From the human T2T-CHM13v2.0 reference genome, Homo sapiens, in NCBI RefSeq assembly GCF_009914755.1, contig NC_060926.1: a stretch of 64,000 nt of DNA; one strand, given 5' to 3'. Below the pieces are notes generated by a model. It was not told the origin of the DNA. It saw only the letters and a list, made by a program, of their open reading frames with translations, and did no database searches. Made by a program: the position numbers and the translations under genes. This document shows, piece by piece, positions 27,307 to 40,754 of the stretch. The stretch's first letter is position 1. Each line of letters begins with the position of its first letter.

Positions 27307-28360
27307 CTGCAGATTGTTTCGGCAGGCCCAGTTTGCTGCACATAAAGCCCTTACCACTCTTGGGCATCTGAGCTGGATCAAGCAGCCCAGCTCCTAGGCC
27401 TGTGGTAGATGTGGGTATGCTTCTGTTCCTGTGGGGATGGGAGGCATTATTATGAGAACACTCACTTTTCTCACATTGATTTTAGGGTGAGGACTTCAGA
27501 GAGACACAAAGTAGAGAGTGTCCTAGATTCATCTCTCGTTCTGCCTTGGTTCTTGCCCTGACAAAGGCAAACAAAGAGATGTCAGCACTTGTATAAGCCA
27601 GGAATCAATGGGGAGATAAATCCATTGAAAGGGAAAGCATCTAGGAAAATAGATTTGAGTCAATTATAAATGATTTTTGGATTATCAATCGTTCTTCTCT
27701 GGCTGTGGGCTACTGAGGAGAAGCTAAAGGATTATCATGAATTATTAAAAAGCTCTGGAGGGCTTTGGTAGGGGAGGTCTTTTGATTGGCTGAGTGGAGT
27801 CATGACATTTGGCCAGATGGAAATGATGTTCTCACCATAGGTATTGTTTCTGCCAATGATCTCCATGGTTCAGAGCATGTGGAGGTCCATTGTCTAATTT
27901 GTTACACATTTATGATGGAATGTACAGTTTAAAAGTTATCAAGATTTGAGATTGTCAGTCATTTGGCACTGTTTTCTTTCCTAAGATATATATTAATTGT
28001 CAGGGATAGAAATGTGTTTCAGTCTCTTCAGGTGAAATAAACTGCAATAATTTCTTCGTGAAAACCTGCTGTGAGCTGAGTGATATAATACTAACATTTA
28101 TTTTAGCCCTTCTCATGTCACTAAGCACTTTATATATCCTATTTAACTTGAATTCTACAATAATTCTATGTAATAAATACTAAATCTTGTAAGCAATGGA
28201 GAGAAATATACATGCACTGGCCATCCCTATCTTTAGGAAGTATGCAGTCAAACTAAAAAACAAGAGCAATACATCAAACTATTTAGATTCTTAATAGATA
28301 AGGGCATTCCAGAGGAGTATCCATTTTTCCGGATGAGAGAGCTTTGCTGGAGGCCAGACT

Positions 28361-28663
28361 GCCGGACGTGGTGGCTCATGCCTGTAATCCCAGCACTCTG
28401 GGAAGCCAAGGTGGGTGGATCACTTTGAGCTCAGGAGTTGGAGACCAGCCTTGGCAACACTGCGAAACCTCATCTCTACAAAAAATACAAAAAATTAGCC
28501 AGCTGCGGTGGTGCACACCTGTAGTTCCAGCTACTAGGGAAGCTGAGGATCACTTGAGCCTGGGAAGTGGAGGTTGCAGTCAGCTAAGACTGCACCACTG
28601 CACTGCAGCCTGGGCAACAGAGTGAGACCTTGTCTCAAAAAACAAAAACAAACAAACAAAAAA
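28361..28663 (+). mobile_element. AluJ-type SINE
   Basis: gccggacgtggtggctcatgcc...gatcacttgagcctggga...gagaccttgtctc plus (A)n/(CAAA)n tail. Confidence 0.9.
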
Positions 28664-29637
28664 TCTGGAAAATCTCTGGATGTGTTGTTGGCACTGATCA
28701 CTTTAAACCTGCAGACTGTGTGTTTGTTCACTGATGGATTGTTGAACACATATGAGAACTTAAGTGCTTATTTGACGGTGGGCTTAGGCAAAGGCTCTCT
28801 GGAGCTTGTGTGTTGCTTTCAATACTTCTGGAAGTCTTCATTAGGAGTTGCTGTCAGATCCTAAGGCATCTTTTCTAAAATCTTCAGGGGTGGCAAATTC
28901 TGGACCTTAAAAATGGATTTGGTAATATCCAAATAGCAGAAGAATTTACCTATCCCTATCCCCACCCACTTAGGTGAAATGAGTAAAGTAGAAAAGCGGG
29001 GAAAGAAGAATATAAGACGATCTTAAACATGGATTTAGGTATTAGAAACAGCTAAAAATTATTTGGAACAATTTGGCCTGGGAACCACAGATTTTTAAAA
29101 GAAGTTGATGAAATGTATTTTCTTGATTGATCTGTTAAATGATACTGAAAGTGTTGCCAGAATAAGGTTCTTAGAAATTTTGGAAAATTTTGGAAATCAG
29201 TTCTAGAGGTGATTTCATTAAACAAGATTGCCTTACTTGGAACTCCAGGCTCAGGTCAGTTTGTAAATACTCAAAACCCAAACCCATATATTCTCGTTCC
29301 TTCTCCTGCTCCCTTTTCCTCCTCCTCCTCACCCCACACTAGCCACATAGACTCTGATTTTGTTTCCTTGAGTGGCAGCTGGAGGCAATAATGTGGGGCC
29401 TCAGAACTTGGCAGAACAAGTGCTCCCCTGCTGGATAAACAGGCCAACACAATGAGTTTTTCCACCAACTTCTGGTCTGTTGGCAAGTCAGGTAGATGCC
29501 CAAGGGAGCTGGCAGGCACACGTGGGTGCTTCCTGCTCCACCGGGTTCTGTCTGAGGAACCCAGAGATGGTTCTCCCTCTCTCTCATGTGTCTCCCAGCA
29601 TGCTTTAACTGCCCGTGTTTGTATTTTCGCCCACTAG

Positions 29638-29787
<150 letters not shown>

Positions 29788-30045
29788 TAACGTTTCTTAT
29801 ACCTCCTCCTTTCAAGAAGATATAAAAGATGATCCTACTAATTTAAATGACATTCTTGTGGTAAGCAGAGCCCTCTTTATTAGTGACCTAGGCTAACAGG
29901 TGTCTGGAGGGTTTGCTTGAAATATCCACATAATGAAAGCAAAAGCCTTCTTTAGGAGGAAATCATCTTGATTGTTGCCCAAATTCTACCCTTTATCCTC
30001 TGGATTTCTGTGGGTATGACTGAAATGTGTTTGTGTTTGGGTTAG

Positions 30046-30322
30046 GGCAGCATTTTCCAAAGTGTGTTCTGTGGAACACAGTCCCTTGTGTTATTAATGG
30101 TGGGCTAGCAGGGAAAAGGGCTGTAAGGCCAAATGAGCTGGGAAAATGCTTTCTTGAACAGTGTTAAGTTTATCACAGGTTTCAATATGCTCTGCAAAGG
30201 GGACATGCATTAGATTACATTTCCCAGCTTATTTGAATGTAGACACATTTCTCCTCCTAAGAGTATCACAGACTTGTGTTTTGAGCAGAGTGTCACAGAG
30301 CAGAACTCTGAGAAATGTTGGG
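30046..30322. mobile_element. hAT-Charlie-type MITE
   Basis: Degenerate terminal inverted repeats cagcattttccaaagtgtgttc ... gaactctgagaaatgttg. Confidence 0.5.
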
Positions 30323-30611
30323 AAGAGGAATTCTCTTCCTTTTTATCTTCCCCCTTGTATTTTGTTTTTGTTTTAAACCAAAACTTGTTATATGACTTAA
30401 ATTGGCATTAAAAGAGAGATTTCTACTCTCTTACTGTAGCTGTTAAATAATCAAATTTGATAGTAGGGTATATTCATTGGAACACCTCTTTTGCAAGTGG
30501 CTGAAAGGCACTTGTTTAAGCAAATAGAGGATATTGTTTATAAGATACAGAATCTGACAGTGGGCATTTTGTGGAGGATGAAGTGTGGAGGGCAGGAAAT
30601 CTAAGCCCTGT

Positions 30612-30800
30612 TTTTCTTTTTAAACTTTTTAAACAATTGAGATATTGTTCACATACCGCAAAATTCATCCTTTTAAAGTGTATAGTTTGATGGTTTTTAA
30701 TATATTCCCAATAGTGTACAATGATGATCCTTATCCTAATTCTTGAGCATATCGTCACCTCCAAAAGAAACCCCAAACCTGTTACAGTCCCTGCTTTTCT
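30612..30800 (-). mobile_element. L1M 3' end fragment
   Basis: attgagatattgttcacatacc...aattcatccttttaaagtgtatag...cacctccaaaagaaacccc. Confidence 0.7.
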
Positions 30801-31157
30801 GCCCCCTTGCTTGACTTCTTTCTCTTGTTCTGGAGCATCTTTCTCTCTTTTTGGTGGGAGAAGGGGTTGGCAACATGGCAGCTGCTGCTCCACCATTCCC
30901 TTATTTCCAACTCTAAATTCCCTTGGGCAGGGACTCATTGGCCCAGCCTACATAGGTGCCCCCCTTGCCCGATGAGCTGTGTCCAGGATGCACATGCTGT
31001 CTGGGGGCCCCCACTGTGGCTGGGGAGGGTGAAGGGGCAGTTCTAAGAAGCCTCGCTAAGCAGATCTGCTAAGAGATTTCCCTTCAGGCTGGGATCTTAG
31101 TGCACCAGGCCCATCTGTTCAGAGATGAGGAAACGGAAGTTTAAAGATGCAGGGTTA

Positions 31158-31564
<407 letters not shown>

Positions 31565-33210
31565 TTATATTAAACTTCTCCCCTTACTACTGTATACCTT
31601 TCGTAAATGACATAAAAAGAAGGCACCAACTGTTTGCCCAACTATAAATTACATCTAGCAAATCACTTTTCCTTAGGATTCCTTTTGTTGGCTAAAGCCT
31701 GCTTCTCCTTCTTGCCAAGGTTCTTTATATCTAAGGATACAGAAGCTTGTTGCTTTGATGGGATCAAGATTTAGAAGCTTAGTGCTTCTTTAGGGCTGTT
31801 TGCATTTAAATAGCTTAAACTACTGCAGGGTTCTTATGTGATAATCCTGGAATAAGATGTTAAACCAATTACTGCCCTCAAAATAGGGTCTTGTGTTAGA
31901 ATCTTATTAAGATAAAAACAGCCCTAGCATGAAGTTAGGGGAGGAGAGGAACAACACTCTTAAGTCTCTAGGGCTGAATTTTACAGTCTGGATTTCTGTG
32001 TTGCATTTGTACTTATGCTTACTTGTTTTATAAATAATAAGTGGGCAAATTAGTTGCTGACTACTTTGTATTCTGAACCGGATAGTGAGAGGCTAAATCA
32101 AGAAAAAGAGGACTGACTAAGGCAATATCGAAAATCTGCTCCTTAAATGAGTCCCACAGAGGTTTTAAACTTTATTTCTGAACGTCCTATTTCTTAATGC
32201 CAAACAATGCCTATTTATTTTTCTTCCGCCTAGTCTCACAAAGTATTTTAAATGACAAAACAACAAAATCACCACCCTCGCACACACACCAAAAGCAGAA
32301 ATTAATGAAATCAGAATCCTGTTTCTACTTACATTAAATGTGAATATGATTCTAATTGCCAGATTTGCCAGTATCTAGTTTGTGACTTTTTTTTAGATGT
32401 AATTAATTTTCTCTGTAATCTATGGAAATAAGGCCATATGTTTAAGATCTCAAAAATAATAGACAAGTCTTAATGAACATCAGACAATTCTGAAATAAAT
32501 AGAATGCGCTGAACCAGGGTGGAGTTGGCTGCAGGAAGGACTGGGTTAGAGATGTCCAGGATTGGAGGTCAGACAGACCCATAAGGATGTGGGGAGTGTG
32601 GCAGCATGAAAGATTAGAGAAAGCTGTAGGCGTGAGTCTTTCAAATGTCACATAAGTGTGTCCATGAGAGATGGGCCTCAGGGACAGGGAAGTCTGACAG
32701 GTGTTCAAGTAGGCAGATGTTGCTAGGGATACAGGCAGCCAGGAGAGATGCCCAGCAGTGGATTCCAGGGCTCAAGCTAGGACCCCACATCTCAGAGTAG
32801 CTGGGATGGTTCCAGTCAGGTAGTTCCAGACCGAGGCACATTAAGGATAATGGATCAGGGCTGAGTCAGAGCTGGGACCAGTGCTGGGTTAGAGTCTTTG
32901 CTTCCCCTTGACTGGTCCAGAGCTGGGATGTAGGGATGAGGTTTTACCTGAGTAGTCACATCCCAGCTTTACAACTTTACAACTGTTTTCCTTTCTGCCC
33001 ACTCCCTTGTTTAGATTTCAAAAGCACTTATGAACATAGGGCAGATAAGTTTATTGGGTAGGCAGACAGCAGATGTAAACAGAGTACAGAATCCTAGAGG
33101 GGGATTTTTGACATCGTAAAGCCCTATGGCTTCATGTGACAGATGGTACAATTGAGGCCTAGGGTCTTGGTTATGTGTGAATTGAGTCCCTAAGACCACA
33201 TATTTAGTTA

Positions 33211-33395
33211 AAGCAGGTCTCAGACATCAGCCAGCATAAGAATCGCCTGGGCAACTGAGAACCAGATTCCTAGTTCCTTTTATCTGGGATTCGGATTCAG
33301 CAGGACTGTAGTAGGGTTCAGGGTTCTGCAGTTCAAACAGGTTCTTAGGTGATGCTGATGAAGGTGGTGCTGTGGCTGAGCCTTGAGACTAATGG
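33211..33395. mobile_element. MER5-like hAT-Charlie MITE
   Basis: cataagaatcgcctggg...gattcggattcagcaggactg...aggtgatgctgatg. Confidence 0.6.
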
Positions 33396-33963
33396 GAAGG
33401 CCTCCTTTTCTTCTCACAGTCTAACCATCTTTTATCAAGTCCCATTTTGTTCAGATCTTTCCTGGATGCACCAGAGCTGGCCACCATTACCAGCTCTTGC
33501 TCAGTTACCTTTCTGAGCTCTTGTAGTTCTAAACACACTGCCCTTGCCCTCTCCTGGCTTCTTGCATGTGAACATTTGGGCTAAGTCTCCTTCATGATAC
33601 TGTCAGTATCATGCAATAAGGTGAGGCCTACTGAGTGTTTTCTAAGCGTGCTTGGTGCTCATCTAACTTAAAGCCTAGAGTCCTCCTGTAAGTGTCTAGC
33701 ACATGATGTTAAGAACACTTGAATGACAACCAAAGGGAGCTGTGATGTGTGTAGGTGGAGAGTGGTCCACACTTAGGGAAGCGTAGAGCAAGCGGGAAGT
33801 AGGGGAATCCCAGTAGAGCTGGCCAGATTTTAAGTCTTCACTTTGAACCCCTCTTCTTACTCTTCTTAGCCATGCATGATGAAAGCTTTCATAAGTACTA
33901 ATAATGGCATTTTTGAAATACACTGCGGCATGTCTATTCCAAGCTCAATTTGTTTTTAACTAG

Positions 33964-34012
33964 GTTTCCTATTTTGAGATCTACTTGGACAAAATAAGGG
34001 ACTTACTTGATG
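33964..34012 (+). CDS. KIF5C: KIF5C exon 5 (49 nt): VSYFEIYLDKIRDLLD+G
   Basis: ctag|GTT acceptor, ATG|gtaagt donor; EIY...DLL motif. Confidence 0.97.
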
Positions 34013-34288
34013 GTAAGTAACCTCAGTGCTTGTCCTTTATTTGTTCTGTAACGAAAGTCCGGGGAGGTTGAAATGGTTTATCACACTTCTGCTTAAGGAA
34101 TTAATGAAAATTTATAGAGATACTCTGTTGCCTTCAGGGTATATGTTTATTCTCAGCCAAGGCTTAAACTTGCATATTGCAAAGAGATTAGATTTGACTG
34201 TCTTTGTAACAAACTTCCATTTTTCCTCCAATATAGAGTCTTTAACTTTTATTTTCTTCTTTGCCTGCTGTCATTCTCATCTTTTTAG

Positions 34289-34344
34289 TATCCAAGACCA
34301 ACTTGGCTGTTCATGAAGATAAAAACAGAGTCCCGTATGTAAAG
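34289..34344 (+). CDS. KIF5C: KIF5C exon 6 (56 nt): (V)SKTNLAVHEDKNRVPYVK
   Basis: ttag|TA acceptor, AAG|gtatga donor; kinesin-1 loop 8 HEDKNRVPYVK. Confidence 0.97.
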
Positions 34345-34939
34345 GTATGAGGAAGATTTGATTGGTGATGCAATTAATTTCTCTCCAGTCTCTGTCATAA
34401 TAATTATTACATAAGATGTGCAGAATATTATCTGTAAAGAGCATATAGGCATTTATTCAGGCTCCTTATATTTAATATTCATCTGGTTTTAAAAATTGAC
34501 ATTTACTTTCTTCAATTGTATCTTTCCTTTATGACATTATTATTTAATATTGTTCACATTTAAAGAGATTTTGATATTGAGTGCAACTGTTTTTACTTTG
34601 CAGTAACGCCTATTATAGCATTATCTGTGGAACATCAAAGTAGCTAATATTGGTGGCCATGATCATAAATAAATAAAGATAGAAGGCAAAGCAAAACTTC
34701 ATCCATTTCTTCTTCTCTCATTGATTTTCTTCTTTGATTTTCTGTCTTCTTAAAGTGTTGCTGTTCAGTATGAATATGTACTCAAAAACCTAGGAAAATT
34801 TGACAGTTCTTTTTTTGGTTTACGTCTATATTTCCTAGGGCTTGCTCAGACTTCTCTTTAATGTAGAATTCAAGCCCTGGGCAAGGAGGAAAAGTTGTTG
34901 GATCGATATTTCAGCCTTTCTATTTATCTGCACCTCTAG

Positions 34940-35269
<330 letters not shown>

Positions 35270-36499
35270 TGAGTATGTCTAGGCAGTCATGGGAAAGGGT
35301 GCCTTCTGCTGTCCACAGGACTCTGAGGTCTTGGAGATATTGGGTGAGACTTACTGGACCCTGATAACAGCCTAAGCCTGAACATTAGGAAAAATAAACA
35401 ACCAGCCAACCAAAGGGAGGGAAAGAGTAAGCTCATCAGTTTATTTATTTTGATCATGTTATTGTTCAGGTTAAAAAAAAGTTCCAAACCAACAAATTCT
35501 ATAATATGTTGCAGTCACACACATGGAAATAAACCATGTTGGATTTCTGCCTTCTGTAAAAAAGAAAAAGAAAGGGAAGAAGGAAGTCAGAAAGCAGAGC
35601 CAGGAGCTTTAGGGAAAGCCTTCCGATATGTTACTAGCAGACACATTCAGATCGGCTCATTGGCTCTGCAGTTCCTTCCTCAGTATGTTCATTGCATCTC
35701 AGGGAAGCAGTGCATATGGGATTTGGGCAGCAGAGGATCCGTGAAAAAAGACAGTTGTCTATCTTATTAAGAGGGATGTGGACAAATGACAGTGAGTTCA
35801 TATGAACAGAAGCTGAGAGAACTAAGGGTTTATAGCTTGCATGAGGGAAAAAAATCTGGAGGAGGGTGTGTGGACAATGTAATATATCTTACCGTGTTGA
35901 AGGTGCTGACACTAAGAAAGAGGGTCAGCTTGTTCTGTTCCATCTCAATACTTAGAATACCCATGATTGTTGGAGCTCTAGGGAGGCAGATTTCGACCCC
36001 TGTGAGGAGAACTCTCCAACCCTTATAGCTGCCCCAAGTGCTGCCTGCTACCTAGAGAGGTAGTGAGTTCACTGTTATGTTGTAAAAGAGATTCAGGCAT
36101 TGGTTTCCTGACTGGTCTAGGCTCTTTAAGTCTCTTCTACCCAAGACTCTCTGATTCTGTGGTCCAGAACTGTAATTCTCAACATTTTCTCTATCTGAGC
36201 AATGTATCAGATGATATTCATGTATATAGCAACTTTCATAGGTGAGCCTATTCCTGGATGAAATGTTGGTCAAGCTCCACTTCTTTTTCTCTTGCTTAAA
36301 ACATGCACACATACCTGAAAGAATGTAAGACAGATATTCTTATAGTAGTAGCATCTCTCATTTACGTTATTCACTCTGTTTCTGAAGCTGTTTTTAATCA
36401 CAAATTATTTATGGCATACCTGATAATCCATTTTGATGCCTTGGTTTGGAACTGCTAATCTAAAAAAAAATTGCTATTATTCTTATCATTCTGGTAAGG

Positions 36500-38585
36500 T
36501 TTTTCTTTATTATTGCAATAAAATATACTTAATATGAAATTTGCCATCTTAACCATTTTAAAGTGTGCATTTATGTGATGTTAAGTACCTTCACAATGTG
36601 TGCAATGTCACCACCTTCCATCTCTAGAACTTTATCTTCTCCAACCAAAACTCTGTACCCAATAAACACCAATTCTTTATTCTCCTCTTGCTCAACCTAC
36701 TTTATCTCTATGAATTTGACTGCTCTAGGTACCTCATGTAAGTGGAATCATAAAGTGTTTGTCCTTTTGTGACTTATTTCACTTAGCATAATGTCTTCAA
36801 GTTTCATCCATGTGGTAGCAAGTGTCCTTCCTTTTTAAGGCTGAACAATATTCCATTGTATGTATATACAACATTTAAAAAATTCGTTTAACCATTAATG
36901 GACGCTTGGGTGGCTTCCACATTTTGGCAGTTGTGAATAATGCTGTTATGAACATAGGTGTGCAAACATCTATTTGAGTCCTTGATTTCAATTCTTTTGA
37001 GTATATATGCAGAAGTGGAATTTTCGGATCTCATGGTAATTCTACTTTCAATTTCTTGAGGAACCGCTACTATTTGCTATTATTACGATTTTCTATAGCA
37101 GCTGTACCATTTTCTATTCCTAACAGCAGTACATCAGAGTTTCCATTTCTCTATATCCTTGCCACTTGTTATTGTTATTATTTTTATAATAGCCATCCAA
37201 ATGGTGTGAAGTGCTGTTTCATTGTGGTTTTGATTTGCATTTCCCTAATGATTAGTGATGTTCAGCATCTTTTCATGTGCTTATAGGCCATTTGTATATC
37301 TTCTTTGAGGAATGTCTATTCAAGGTCTGTATTTATTTTTTAATCAGGTTAATTTGTTGTTGTTGACTTGGAGTTCTCTATGTATTCTGGACATCAATCC
37401 CTTATTAGATATATGATTTATAAAATTTTCTTCTATTCCATGGATTGCTTTTTTACACTATTGATAGTGTCTTTTGATATAAAAGTTTTTAATTTTGATG
37501 AAGTGTCTATTTTTATTTTGTTGCTTGTGCTTTGGGTGTCATATCCAAGAAATTATTGCCAAGTCCAATGTCATGAAGCTTTTCTCCTGTGTTTTCTTCT
37601 AAGAGTTTTATAGTTTTAGTTTTTATATGTAGGTATTTGATCCTTTTGGAGTAAATTTTTGCATGTACTCTAAGGTAAGGGCCCAACATTAATATATTTT
37701 TTGCATGTAGCTATCCAGTTTTTCCAACACTATTTGTTGAAAAGACTGTTCTTTCCACATTAAATGGTCTTGACACTCTTGTTGAAAATTATTCAACCAT
37801 ATATGTGAGGATTTATTTCTGGGCCCTTTATTCTCTTCTGTTGATTTATATGTCTGTCTTTATGTCAATACCACACTGTTTTGATTCCTGTAGCTTTGTA
37901 GTAACTTTTATTTTTTATTTTTCCATAGGCTATTGGGGTACAGGTGGTATTTGGTTACATGAGTAAGTTCTTTAGTGCTAATTTGTGAGGTTTTGGTGCA
38001 CCTATCACCCGAACTGTATGCACTGCACCCTATTTGTAGTCTCTTATCCCTCACCCTACTCCCACCCTTCCCCTCAAGTCCCCAAAGTCCATTATATTGT
38101 TGAAGTGTGAGACCTTCAACTCTGTTCTTATTTTTCAAGATTGTTTAGGCTATTTGGTATCCCTTGAGATTTCATATAAATTTTAGGATGGATTTTTCTG
38201 CTTCTATAAAATATGTCATTGAAATTTTGATAGAGATTGCCATGAATCTGTAGATTGCTTTGGGTAATACTGACAGCTTAATGATATTAAGTCTTTCAAT
38301 CAATCCCTTTATTTGTGTCTTCTTTCATATCTTTCAGTCATGTTTTGTAGTTTCCAGTGTACAAGTCTTTCTCTTCTTTGGTTAAGTTTATTCCTAAGTA
38401 GTTTATTCTTTTTTTGCTATTATAAATAAGGTTGTTTTCTTAATTTTTTGGGTTGTTCATTGTTAGTATATAGAAATGCAACTGATTTTTTACATGTTGA
38501 TTTTGTATCCTACAGCTTTGCTGAATTAATTATTAGTTCTAACAGTTTTTTAAAAATGAATCTTTAGGGCTTTTTACATATAATC
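36500..38585 (-). mobile_element. L1M (L1MA/MB-like) 3' segment of about 2 kb, antisense, interrupted at 37905-38100
   Basis: ttgccatcttaaccattttaaagtgt, ctaggtacctcatgtaagtggaatc and gcatttccctaatgattagtgatgtt match L1 3'UTR/ORF2 consensus. Confidence 0.9.
37905..38100 (-). mobile_element. L1PB-type 3' end nested in the older L1
   Basis: tattggggtacaggtggtatttggttacatgagtaagttctttagtg...agtccccaaagtccatt, preceded by a T-rich tail. Confidence 0.8.
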
Positions 38586-39227
38586 TGGTAAGATGGTTTT
38601 GAGAAATGATTGCTGGTGAAGGCTGAATGGGATGGTTGCTGGGGTCTCTGTCTGCTTGGCAGACAAAGACGAGGATTTGCAAGGATTTTTATTTCCAGTA
38701 CCCCATCTTAATGAAGCATATTTAATTTTTGAAACCTTCTTTGCTGTTAGCATAGGTTGTAGAAGTGTATGTCTTAATCCTTCCTTAGGAAAGTCTTAAT
38801 CCTTGCTTAAGAAAGCTTATGATATTACTGATAAGGCAAGGCTTATGCACATGACTAAGATAGACTACATCATGTATTAATCATGATGAAGTCTGAGGAA
38901 TTTAAAGTGAGGCAGGGGAGGAGGTAGTGAATTCTTCAAGGGGAAAGTCATGCTGGAGTAGGAATTTAGAGGATGGGGCTTCAGGTAGAGCTAGAAAATC
39001 TGATATCTTAAACTGTTGACTAAGATTTTTAGATTAACTTCTTTGCTCCTTGAAGACATTTAAAATCTTGTATTTCTAGAATGAGCATTGTTTTTCAGAA
39101 GAAACAGGGGTCTCAGATAATTTTTAGAATTGACTGGACTTACTTCAATGAAATGGATCTATTAGGCATGACTTGTTATGCTTTTTAAATGAGAGGATTG
39201 CTACCTAAACCTACATGTTCTTTGTAG

Positions 39228-39443
<216 letters not shown>

Positions 39444-40296
39444 TAATTTTTATGCTTTTCTATTTTCCTGCTTTAAAGAGCTTTTAAAGTTTCTGAGGCT
39501 CTGCCAAGGTGTTATTACATTTAACCCTTTGTCCCTGCTTTCTTTTCTGGTCCTGAGGTCTCCTATTGGTGTCACAGGCAGGTGCTTTGCATGCCAACTC
39601 TGATTTATCCCTGATGGGCCCTTATGATGATATGAGGCAACAGTTGGTTTGACTTAGCCTGTGGCAGAGGCAGCTGCACACATGTGGGAGGGATATGAAC
39701 TTCTGAGAAAAGAGAAAATCCCATGTTGTACCCGACTCTAATAGGCCAGGAACGAGCTTTGCCATTGGAATGTGGCAGTCCTGCCTCTGCAGGTTTGTTT
39801 TGCTGATAGAAGGTCTGGAACCTGGGGCGCTCCCTGCATTCCCTGGTTCTCCCAGCAGTAGGCATGGGCTGACGGTGTCCCATGTGGAAGGCCTTGGCTC
39901 TCTCATGAAGTGTGGCCTGTAATCAGCCTCAGCGGCAAGCCTTTACTGTTCTCTGGTTTTGTCCGGATTCTCTTTTGTCGTCTACACCCTGACCCATGCC
40001 CTCCCAGGCCCTGGCTGGGGCTGTACTCCAGAGCAATAGGCTTCCCAGAATCTCCAGTCTCACTTCCATAGCACCAGTGGAGGCTTCTGCTGCCACACCC
40101 TGTCTGGAGGCACTGACCTCCCTCGAGCAACATCATAGAGCAAGGCCATGTGCACAATGCCCTCTGGCCTCCATCATCACTGACATCATGCTGATTGTCC
40201 CCATGAAGGCCAGCCTTGAAGCTTGGTCAGTCTCCCTAACTGTATGATTGATCCCCACTTATTGCACTACATCACTGAGTTCCCGTATGCCAAGTT

Positions 40297-40314
40297 ATGG
40301 CCACTTACATCCAC
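40297..40314 (+). CDS. KIF5C: Candidate alternative coding start in intron 8 (MATYIH), spliced in frame to exon 9
   Basis: gttATGG Kozak context (-3 G, +4 G), six codons, CAC|gtgagt donor in phase 0 like exon 9, in-frame TGA upstream at 40276-40278. Confidence 0.65.
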
Positions 40315-40419
40315 GTGAGTAATGGTTACTTGGATTGTCCTCTAGTATGCATTTGTAAAACCTGAGCAGAAAGTCATCCGGGTATTTCTAGTTGGGAATC
40401 TAAAATTTTACTAGTATGG

Positions 40420-40754
<335 letters not shown>

